Part shown: in pieces, positions 18,363 to 26,168 of the stretch
Position numbering within the stretch: position 1 is the first letter of the stretch
Layout of the letters: each line of letters starts with the position of its first letter
Source: Candidatus Binatia bacterium
GTDB taxonomy: Bacteria; Desulfobacterota; Binatia; UBA9968
NCBI GenBank assembly: GCA_041618055.1
Contig: JBFJNS010000001.1
Location: 1-26,879 of the forward strand
Length of the DNA: 26,879 bases
Direction: 5' to 3'
Translations under genes and position numbers: made by a program
The notes under the pieces: generated by a model
Told to the model about the DNA's origin: nothing
Database searches by the model: none
Seen by the model: the letters and a program-made list of their open reading frames with translations, nothing else

Positions 18363-19958
18363 ATGTCCCAACCTCGATTCGGGCTAACCATTGGTGATCT
18401 TCCGGACCGTTTAGCCGGCGAGCAGCCGGACCGCATTGCTTTAGTCGGCGACACGGGCCGGCTCACTCGGGCGGAACTCCGCGAGCGGATCCATCGCCTC
18501 GCCGCGTCCTTCCTTGATCTGGGCATCACCAAGGGGGATAGGGTTTTGATCCAACTGCCCAACTGGGCGGAGTTCGTCTACTCCTATTTCGCCCTACAGA
18601 AAATCGGCGCCGCGCCAGTCTTACTCATATCGGGCTACGGCAAGGTGGAAGTCTCACATCTGTGCCGCCTGACGCAAGCCTCGGCGTGGCTCGTCCCGTC
18701 CGTGCACAGAGGCGGGGATTATTGCTCATGGATCGGAGAGGTGAAAGCTGACAACCCGCAACTCAGGCACATCGTGTCGGTGCGGGGTCAGGGCAAAAAC
18801 CGCAATTTCACGGCTAGCCTCGAAGAATTGCTGTGTAGAACCGACGCTCGAAAAGATCAGCCGGCGACGGCGGTGATTAGTCCTCAGCGGGCAGACCTGG
18901 CGCACATCTTGCCCTCGGGCGGGACCACCGGCTTGCCCAAGGCGATTCCCCGCACTCATGAAGACTATCTCAGCAACGTCTACCACCTTCATCGGGCGGG
19001 AGACATGCAGGTCGAAGATATTTGCCTGCTAGTAGTTCCGATCGGACACAACCTTGCCCTGCTCAACGTCGTCGGGGCCATGCTCGTCGGCTACCGACTG
19101 GTGCTGCTGGACTCGACCCGTCCCGGGGATATCTGCCAGTCCATCGAAGCGGAGAGAGTCACCTACTTCCCAACAGTTCCCAGCTTGATCAATCGGGTGC
19201 TGGAATTTGACAAGAAGGGAGATTTCGATCTCACGTCGCTGCGAAAGATTTCGGCTGGGGGCGAGCCGAGCGCCCCGGAGCTGGTAGAAAGATTTTGCCG
19301 GGAACTCAACTCTGTCTATATCAAAGAATTCGGTATGAGTGAGGGACTGCTCTGCCGCACCCGGCTCGACGATGATCTCGAAACGATCTGCGCCACAGTG
19401 GGAAAGCCGGTATGTTCTCAGGATGAAATCAGGATTCTCGACGAAGCGGGTGAAGCGCTCCCTGTGGAAACCGACGGCGAATTGGCGGCGAGAGGACCCG
19501 GGATATTTGCCGGCTATCTGAATAATCCCGAGGAGAACCGAAGAGCTTTTACCCCCGACGGGTTCTTTAGGACCGGCGACCTGGCCAGAATAGACCATTC
19601 GGGCAACCTGAAAATCACGGGAAGAATCAAAGATCTCATCAACCGCGGCGGAGAAAAGATAAGCCCTGCTCAGATCGAGGGGCTTTTGCTCTCTCACCCG
19701 GACATTGTGGATGCCGCGGTGGTCGGCATGCCGGATGCCGCCCTCGGGGAAAAGGTCTGCGCGTATGTTCGGCCCGTGCCGGAAAAACAATACCTAACCC
19801 CTGCCGCGATCGAAGCCTTCCTGGAGAGCCGGGGAGCCTCGAAATTCCTCATTCCCGAGCGCTTCGAGTTTGTCGACGCGTTGCCGCTTACCGAGGCCGG
19901 CAAGCACGACAAAAAGGTCCTGCGCGAAGACATTAAACGAAAACTGGGATTGCTTTAA
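18363..19958 (+). CDS. EntE/DhbE-like adenylate-forming enzyme, probable aryl/acyl-CoA ligase
   Basis: SGGTTGLPKAIPRTH, IGHNLAL, FGMSEG, FFRTGD, GRIKDLINRGGEKI, GEKVCAY, GKHDKK. Start uncertain (18279, 18309 or 18363). Confidence 0.88.
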   Translation: MSQPRFGLTIGDLPDRLAGEQPDRIALVGDTGRLTRAELRERIHRLAASFLDLGITKGDRVLIQLPNWAEFVYSYFALQKIGAAPVLLISGYGKVEVSHLCRLTQASAWLVPSVHRGGDYCSWIGEVKADNPQLRHIVSVRGQGKNRNFTASLEELLCRTDARKDQPATAVISPQRADLAHILPSGGTTGLPKAIPRTHEDYLSNVYHLHRAGDMQVEDICLLVVPIGHNLALLNVVGAMLVGYRLVLLDSTRPGDICQSIEAERVTYFPTVPSLINRVLEFDKKGDFDLTSLRKISAGGEPSAPELVERFCRELNSVYIKEFGMSEGLLCRTRLDDDLETICATVGKPVCSQDEIRILDEAGEALPVETDGELAARGPGIFAGYLNNPEENRRAFTPDGFFRTGDLARIDHSGNLKITGRIKDLINRGGEKISPAQIEGLLLSHPDIVDAAVVGMPDAALGEKVCAYVRPVPEKQYLTPAAIEAFLESRGASKFLIPERFEFVDALPLTEAGKHDKKVLREDIKRKLGLL

Positions 19959-20086
19959 GAAATTCACGCGGAGTCTCGAACTCTCAAGGGGGCAGTACCA
20001 GTTCATCATTGCTGCTCCAGCAACGGGACGGAACTCCAAGGTGTAGTGCGGTGAAAGCGCTAAGAATGCAGCGCAGCCGCTTTACA

Positions 20087-20116
20087 TTGACACTTGGGCA
20101 CTCTTTTCGTTAGCCT
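20087..20116 (+). promoter_or_regulatory. Putative sigma70 promoter of the Ldh_2-family gene
   Basis: TTGACA (20087-20092), 18-bp spacer, TAGCCT (20111-20116). Confidence 0.45.
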
Positions 20117-20158
20117 GTGCGAAAGCGTAACTTTCCACCGAACTCGAAGCAGCAAACC

Positions 20159-21259
20159 GTGAAGAGAGATAAACAAGTCCGGATCTTCAGCTCCGACGAT
20201 CTCAAAACTTTTTCTGCCGAAGTTTTTAGGCATTTCGGCATTGCCGAAGCGGACGCCCGCCAAGCCGCCGATGTCTTGGCCAGGTCCGATCTCAGGGGCA
20301 TCGACTCTCACGGCGTTGCAAGACTGCACACCTATTTCGACATGCTCGAGTCAGGACGAATCAATCCCAAGCCCAACATCAAAATTGTTCGCCAGAAGGC
20401 CAGCGTGGCAAGCATCGACGGCGACAACGGCTTGGGCCTCGTAGTCGGTCCCAAAGCGAACGAAATCGCCATGGACAAGGCGGAGAAGTTCGGCTCGGGT
20501 TGGGTGAGCGTGTCCAACACGAACCATTTCGGCATTGCGGGCTACTATCCCCTGAAGGCGCTGGAGAGAGACCTCATCGGCTGGGCCATGACCAACTCCA
20601 CGAAGCTGGTGGCGCCGTTATGGGGAGCGGAACGAATGCTTGGAACCAACCCCCTCGCCATCGCGTTTCCGGGCTACTCCGAGCCTGCCATTGTGATCGA
20701 CATGGCGACCAGCACCGTCGCTTACGGCAAGATTGAAATTGCCCTGCGCGCCAGGACGAAGATCCCCAAAGGATGGATCATCGATAGGCACGGCCGCGCC
20801 ACCACCAGGCCACAGGATATGATCGAGGGAGGCGCTCAACTCCCGCTCGGCTCCGAGAGAGAAATGGGCGGGCACAAGGGATACGCTCTGGCGGCCATGG
20901 TTGACATCCTTTGCTGCGTCCTGAGCGGCGCCAACTGGGGGCCGTTCGCCCCGCCCTTCGCCTTGAGACAGGAAATTCCTGAACGCAGCGTGGGCAAAGG
21001 CATCGGCCATTTTTTCGGCGCCATGCAGATCGACGGCTTCATCGACAAAAACGAATTCAAGAAACAGATCGACGAGTGGATCAGGGTCTTTCGCAAAACC
21101 AAACCCGCGCCCGGCACCAACGGGCCTTTGATTCCCGGCGATCCCGAAAGGGAAGCGGAAGCGATAAGAAGCAAAGAAGGGATACCGCTCCTTAAACCGG
21201 TGGTGGATGATTTGCTCGATATCTCACGGCGAACCGGAATATCGTTGGGAACAAGATAG
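20159..21259 (+). CDS. Ldh_2 family (malate/L-lactate/L-sulfolactate-type) NAD(P)-dependent dehydrogenase
   Basis: DLRGIDSHGVARL, NHFGIAGYY, LGTNPLAIA, DMATSTVAYGK, GGHKGYALA, IPGDPE. Likely GTG start at 20159. Confidence 0.9.
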   Translation: MKRDKQVRIFSSDDLKTFSAEVFRHFGIAEADARQAADVLARSDLRGIDSHGVARLHTYFDMLESGRINPKPNIKIVRQKASVASIDGDNGLGLVVGPKANEIAMDKAEKFGSGWVSVSNTNHFGIAGYYPLKALERDLIGWAMTNSTKLVAPLWGAERMLGTNPLAIAFPGYSEPAIVIDMATSTVAYGKIEIALRARTKIPKGWIIDRHGRATTRPQDMIEGGAQLPLGSEREMGGHKGYALAAMVDILCCVLSGANWGPFAPPFALRQEIPERSVGKGIGHFFGAMQIDGFIDKNEFKKQIDEWIRVFRKTKPAPGTNGPLIPGDPEREAEAIRSKEGIPLLKPVVDDLLDISRRTGISLGTR

Positions 21260-21276
21260 AAACCGAGATGATGGAG

Positions 21277-22602
21277 TTATGGAACAATGCTAGCGCGCAC
21301 CCGATCTCTCACATCGATCCTCACGAGGCCTGAACTTCGATTCTCATTTGCTCTGTTGCTGCGAATGGAAAACGGAAGATACATATAACCGCTGCCATCC
21401 ATCAGTCCGTTTCCACTAGAGTTGCTACCCCTCAGAACCGAGCTCAAGTCACCCAGCTCTGTTTTCTTGCCCGATTGAATTTCGTACTCGTACAGGTGCA
21501 GGGCACCGTCTCCGCTGCTGGTCGTTCGGGGAATCGTGAAGAGCTTGCGTTCGTCTCTGGATAGAGTCAGATTGCCGAGCCGTCGTACGGTTTCACCACG
21601 GGCAACTCTTTCTTTGGTCAGGATTGACCCCAAATCTTCCAATTTTTCGGCACGGACATTAAAACGATACAATAAACCAATGGTGTTGGCTAAGTAAATC
21701 GTCTTTCCACCTGAGGCTACAGCCATGCCCACAAAGAACCCGTTCGAGAATCGGCTGTCTGTGGGAACAAGCCGGCCCGCCTTACGGTCAAGTTTGAACA
21801 GATAGTCGGGTGCGGCCCCGTAAGCGTATGCTGCAAAAACATCGCCTTGGTTTGTCGCGATCACCACGCGGCCGACGTTTGATCGCTGGTTTTCTGGCAG
21901 GCCGCGTCCATATTTGGTCGTTCTCCCCGTGTTCAAATCATGCAGTAAGACGTTGCCGTTGGGAAAAGTCCACCCCACCAGTTTGTCCTCTTCACGCAGG
22001 ATATTCATTGCGATGATCCCCTCATGGACTATCGAAATTCCGCGGGAATCATTTTTGCTCAGATCGTTAAACTTTCCCGTGGCAAGATCGTAAGAGATGA
22101 AATGCCCACCACGGTGTTTTTCTATATTTTCCAGTGAGTGGTGGTCATGTGTGGAAAAATACATCTTACCGTTGTGCTCAAAAATATCCGAATGAACTTT
22201 CGCAACTCCCTCTGCATGCGGCCAGTGCTCGTTAGGCCCTAGGTTCTTCTCTTCTCTGAGAATTTGGCGCACGGAATTCAAAAACCGCTTTTCCCCCGAT
22301 TTTGTGTCATACGAGAAGATTAGAACATCGCCTGGTAATCCAGACCTTTCCTTTCCATTGCCTATGGCCACGTAAACGATACCGTTATGGTCTATTCCCG
22401 TGCCATGCCAAAATTCACTCAGGGTTTCCCCGCGGGGGGTAACCTCAGAAAAGTCGATGATATCGACGTTTCGAGCCCGCCCCACGTCGACCATCCCCAT
22501 GGCCAGCAGCCACGACACCAGCAGAATCGACTCTAATGCGCAGCCGCGTTTCTTAGCGGAAAAATGTATCTTGAATAGGTCGCTTTTCATGCAAGTTTGC
22601 AC
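21277..22602 (-). CDS. Hypothetical secreted beta-propeller-like protein
   Basis: Long ORF with a hydrophobic N-terminal segment and repeated blade-like motifs (IFSYDTKSG, FISYDLATG, LYRFNVRAEK, LYEYEIQSG). True start probably downstream of 22602. Confidence 0.65.
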   Translation of the reverse strand: MQTCMKSDLFKIHFSAKKRGCALESILLVSWLLAMGMVDVGRARNVDIIDFSEVTPRGETLSEFWHGTGIDHNGIVYVAIGNGKERSGLPGDVLIFSYDTKSGEKRFLNSVRQILREEKNLGPNEHWPHAEGVAKVHSDIFEHNGKMYFSTHDHHSLENIEKHRGGHFISYDLATGKFNDLSKNDSRGISIVHEGIIAMNILREEDKLVGWTFPNGNVLLHDLNTGRTTKYGRGLPENQRSNVGRVVIATNQGDVFAAYAYGAAPDYLFKLDRKAGRLVPTDSRFSNGFFVGMAVASGGKTIYLANTIGLLYRFNVRAEKLEDLGSILTKERVARGETVRRLGNLTLSRDERKLFTIPRTTSSGDGALHLYEYEIQSGKKTELGDLSSVLRGSNSSGNGLMDGSGYMYLPFSIRSNRANENRSSGLVRIDVRDRVRASIVP

Positions 22603-22751
22603 CCAACTCTTTGTCGCTTCGAAGCCCGTAATGACAGTTCTGTTCGGCGAGAGATAATGTTCGACACATTCAAGTCATGTTTTCTTAGTTTCGCGATGAC
22701 GCATTCCAAACCACACCCACCTATATCACGGGATTCCCGTCATCCCAGTGC

Positions 22752-23423
22752 CTAGCGCACCTTCCAAAGGTCCGGGGGCATTTTGATTCGCCTCTCCGCG
22801 GCCAACTTGGCTGCCCGCTCCGCGCCTGCGCGCGCATGTTCGAGTTGCCAGTTGCCGAGCTCTAATCCCAGACCATCGACCACCCGCACTCGGAAGTTGA
22901 AGTACGCGCAGACGTGCACAATGTCGAGGATATCGCGGTCGGTCCACCCTGCGTCTCTCAGCTTTTGGATATCCGCCTCCGTCATGGCGCTGGGAGTCAA
23001 GGTCAATTTCTCGGCATACTCCAGCATCGCGTATTCCGCTGCTGTCAGCTTCATCTCCCGCCAATCGGATTTTACCTGCTCTACCGCTAGATCGTCGCCG
23101 CCTTCTTGACGCAGAAACTCTGCGTGGGCGACCGTTCAGAACCGACAGTTGAGGGTGGCGGACGTCACCGTAGCGATCATTTCGCGCTGGGCCGTCGTCA
23201 GGCGCGACTCGCCGCGCATGATCTCCCACATCAGCTCCGCCGTATGCCACATCGCCTTGGGATTAAGACTGTGCAACATCGGCGGACTCACCGGCGGACC
23301 TCCCGCTTCCTTGTTGCGCTCCTGAACGAGCTTTTCTCCTTTGCGCTGCTCGCCGAGCTTTCTGTAAACCTCTTTCAATTCGCCTTCGGCTTCATGCTCG
23401 GGGATAACTTTAATCCACGGCAC
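22752..23423 (-). CDS. AhpD-like / peroxidase-related (CMD superfamily) selenoprotein, 223 aa, Sec96 encoded by TGA 23138-23136
   Basis: ORFs 23136..23423 and 22752..23054 are in one frame. Read-through gives REMIATVTSATLNCRF-U-TVAHAEFLR...YAEKLTLTP...DILDIVHVCAYFNFRVRVVDGLG, so the AhpD CxxCxxxH motif has TGA at the second Cys. GTG start with AGGAGG RBS, true stop TAG, SECIS-like hairpin downstream. Confidence 0.85.
23097..23135 (-). promoter_or_regulatory. SECIS-like hairpin 3' of the UGA in the AhpD-like gene
   Basis: ACGCAGA-GUU-UCUGCGU (23125-23109) starts 10 nt after the UGA, loop G at +18. Lower stem GUCGCC/GGCGGC. Confidence 0.7.
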
Positions 23424-23587
23424 TTTGATCTCCTCCTTTTTTTGTCATCGTTCCGGGACTCATCTCAAACCGCAGATCGATCCGGATCAAGGATCAGCGG
23501 ACGTTCATAAATCACATAATCACTTAATAGCAAGATATCTGCAAAGCATAGAGGCTCCGCCTCACTCTATTTCAGGATCATCAACAA

Positions 23588-23617
23588 TTGACATCACAGA
23601 ACCTTATCGGCTAGTCT
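23588..23617 (+). promoter_or_regulatory. Putative sigma70 promoter of the OsmC-like gene
   Basis: TTGACA (23588-23593), 18-bp spacer, TAGTCT (23612-23617). Confidence 0.45.
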
Positions 23618-23726
23618 TTTTTACAAACAGGGATGCAGGACCAGCTCAGTTTTTCAGTCGGCAGCATTGCGTTCTGAAGATTAGCCTTTCCCCGACCACG
23701 CCGTTGAACCTCTGAAAGGAGAAGCT

Positions 23727-24287
23727 ATGGAAGAGATCGTCAAAAAACTGGTTTCCCGGACAGCCAAACCTGGAGCGGGGGGGGTCCCCGGCAGCCTTCA
23801 GCCGCATCAGGACCGCGAACTGCGCGTGGCCATCGAGGCTGAAAGTCTGGACGGCATGAAAAAGCGAGCCGTCGTCACTCTTGAACAACCCGAAGGTAGC
23901 ACGTTTTCTATCATATGCGACGAAGGAGCCTATCTTGCAGGCGAGGATACCGCACCACCGCCCCTTGCCTACTTCAGCGCCGGCATCGCATTTTGAATGT
24001 TAACCCAACTGTCCCGGTTCGGGACAATCGCGAAGCTTAACGTTCAGTCAATCCGGCTCAAACAGGTCACACGGTTCTTCATGAAGGGTTCTGCTCTCCA
24101 AGGGACATTACGAGGCGGCGCCATCGGACTTGAGACGCAGATTGAAGTCGAGTCCAGCGAGCCAGCGGAGAAGATCCGCCACCTGATCAAAATGGGCGAG
24201 CAGACCTGCTTCACCCTTCAGTCGCTCGTCAATCCGGTCCCGGTCAAGACGTCGGTCGCACTGAACGGAGAGCCGCTGGTCCTATAG
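23727..24287 (+). CDS. OsmC/Ohr-like selenoprotein, 186 aa, Sec90 encoded by TGA 23994-23996
   Basis: ORFs 23727..23996 and 23997..24287 abut in frame: CDEGAYLAGEDTAPPPLAYFSAGIAF-U-MLTQL...MGEQTCFTLQSL. The TGA occupies the first conserved OsmC Cys (UxxT) and the second Cys (C161) is intact. AAGGAG RBS, true stop TAG. Confidence 0.85.
23997..24046 (+). promoter_or_regulatory. SECIS-like hairpin 3' of the UGA in the OsmC-like gene
   Basis: UGUCCCG-GUU-CGGGACA (24010-24026) starts 13 nt after the UGA, loop G at +21. Lower stem UGAAUGUUAA (23994-24003) / UUAACGUUCA (24037-24046). Confidence 0.72.
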
Positions 24288-24350
24288 GCAAGAGCCGCCC
24301 TAAAGCTCGGTTTTCACCGGTTTGTACGGCAATCCCAGACTTGTCATGGC

Positions 24351-25655
24351 TCAGCGAATCATGCTGTTCGGCAGGACCAGAGCTATTTGCGGGAATACAA
24401 CTAGAACCACGAGTCCCACGCCCATCGCAATCCAGAAGGGAAGGATACCCAGGAAGATGTCGCCCATGGAAACGTTTTCGGCGACTCCCTTGACGACGTA
24501 GACGTTTACTCCCACGGGAGGACTGATTAGCCCCATCTCGAGAACGATCACAACCAGCACGCCGAACCAAATCGGGTCGAACCCCAAGGCCAGAATCAAC
24601 GGGTGCACGATTGGAATCGTCAGTACCAGCATAGCGAAGCCCTCAAGGAACATTCCGAGCACGATGTAGATGAGCAAGATGGAAAACAGGACTGCGTAGG
24701 GCGACAGACCTAAATGGGTCAGGGCCTCGATTAAGTTGGCCGAGACGTGGGTCAGGGCAAGGAAGGGACTGAAGATAAAGGCCCCGATCAGGATGAGGAA
24801 GACAAGGGCGGTGGTGCGAACTGCTTGCAGTAAAATAGTCGAGAGCACATCCAGCGTAAACTTTCCCCGAAACAAGGTGAGCAGAAAGGCTAGACAAGCA
24901 CCGATGCCCGCAGCTTCCGTGGGTGTAAACAGGCCGGCGTAGATCCCGCCAATCGTAATAATCACGATACCGATCATGAAGCCTGCCTGCCGTGTCGCCC
25001 TCAGCTTATCGAGCCAATGGGTCGCCGGCCCCGCGGGACCGAGCTCGGGCTTGATGCGGGTCTGAATATAGATAGCCAGAATAAAAAGAGCGGTCAGGAG
25101 GAGCCCGGGCAACACGCCTGCCAGAAAAAGCCGGCCGATGGATTCTTGCGTTAAGATCGCGTAGATGACAAAGCCGGTGCTGGGCGGGATCAGAATACCC
25201 AGCGTCCCTCCAGCAGCTACACAACCGGTGGCGAGACGGGCATCATACTTGTAGCGGCGCATTTCCGGCAAGGCCACCTGGCCCATTGTCAGTGCGGAAG
25301 CAACGGATGATCCGGATAGCGCGGCGAAACCGGAACAGGCGGCGATCGTGGCCGAAGCGAGGCCACCGCGCCAGTGGCCAACCCAGGCGTAGGCGGCGGC
25401 GTATAGATCGCGGCTCATCCCCGAAACAGTGGCTAGATTTCCCATAAAGATAAAGAGGGGGATAACGATCAGCTCGTAGTTGGAGGAAACGACGAACGGC
25501 TCGGTGGCGAGGAGAGCAAGAGCCGCCGTCCAGCCGTTGGCGAAGCCGAAGCCAACGAAGCCGACCAGTAGCATGGCGATGCCGACCGGCATGCGGAGCG
25601 CGAGAAGGAAAAGAAGCCCCGCAAAACCGGCGATGCCGAGGGCCGTCGGTGTCAT
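24351..25655 (-). CDS. dctM: TRAP transporter large permease
   Basis: IPLFIFMGNL, SGSSVASA, GGTLGILIPPS, FTPTEAA, DPIWFGV, GLISPPVGVNVYV. Confidence 0.95.
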   Translation of the reverse strand: MTPTALGIAGFAGLLFLLALRMPVGIAMLLVGFVGFGFANGWTAALALLATEPFVVSSNYELIVIPLFIFMGNLATVSGMSRDLYAAAYAWVGHWRGGLASATIAACSGFAALSGSSVASALTMGQVALPEMRRYKYDARLATGCVAAGGTLGILIPPSTGFVIYAILTQESIGRLFLAGVLPGLLLTALFILAIYIQTRIKPELGPAGPATHWLDKLRATRQAGFMIGIVIITIGGIYAGLFTPTEAAGIGACLAFLLTLFRGKFTLDVLSTILLQAVRTTALVFLILIGAFIFSPFLALTHVSANLIEALTHLGLSPYAVLFSILLIYIVLGMFLEGFAMLVLTIPIVHPLILALGFDPIWFGVLVVIVLEMGLISPPVGVNVYVVKGVAENVSMGDIFLGILPFWIAMGVGLVVLVVFPQIALVLPNSMIR

Positions 25656-26161
25656 GGGTGTTTTGCCCCCGGCCGGGGGCGAGAGGCTCGGAGCGCTTGC
25701 ACAAAAAGAACCAGGGCGTAGAGCCCAGCGCCTATCGCAATGATGAAGAAGAACGGCGACCGCGGTATTTCAATGAGGTTTGAGGCCTCCCCGTAACGAT
25801 ACGCATCGAGGCCGCGCCTCCAGGTTTGCCAGGCGATATAAGAGAACAAAAGACCGGAAACCGTGTGCACGACGCGATCCGACCACAGCAGTGTGCGAGG
25901 CTTCAATCTGGAGGCGACCACGTCGAGTGCGACGTGCCCCCCGGTCCAGCCGCAGTAGGCCAGGGCGGGGAAAACGACGACGATCAAGCTGACTTCGGAT
26001 AAATCCTGCCCTCCTAGAATAGGCGCGTTGAAAACATAGCGCATGATCACGGCGACGACGGTAAGACCCATCAACCAGAAGAGAGCGATTCCGCTGATGT
26101 AAGCGCATAAGCGAACCGCGCTGCTGACAATCCTATCGAGCCGGTCAGGGCGCTTGTCCAC
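25652..26161 (-). CDS. dctQ: TRAP transporter small permease
   Basis: Four TM segments, V.MRYVFNAPI.G..DLSE, GGHVALD. Between dctP and dctM. Confidence 0.92.
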   Translation of the reverse strand: MDKRPDRLDRIVSSAVRLCAYISGIALFWLMGLTVVAVIMRYVFNAPILGGQDLSEVSLIVVVFPALAYCGWTGGHVALDVVASRLKPRTLLWSDRVVHTVSGLLFSYIAWQTWRRGLDAYRYGEASNLIEIPRSPFFFIIAIGAGLYALVLFVQALRASRPRPGAKHP

Positions 26162-26168
26162 GGCCCTC

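Noticed and set aside
18363-19958. Siderophore biosynthesis (entE/dhbE)
   Set aside because: No isochorismate synthase, isochorismatase/ArCP, NRPS or TonB receptor nearby. The similarity only supports the adenylating fold.
22752-24287. Genome-wide UGA reassignment (Trp/Gly) as the explanation for the in-frame TGAs
   Set aside because: nrdJ, mlaE, DUF2703 and the Mo-hydroxylase L and M subunits end at TGA at family-typical lengths, some with ATGA coupling. Read-through is only needed at catalytic Cys positions.
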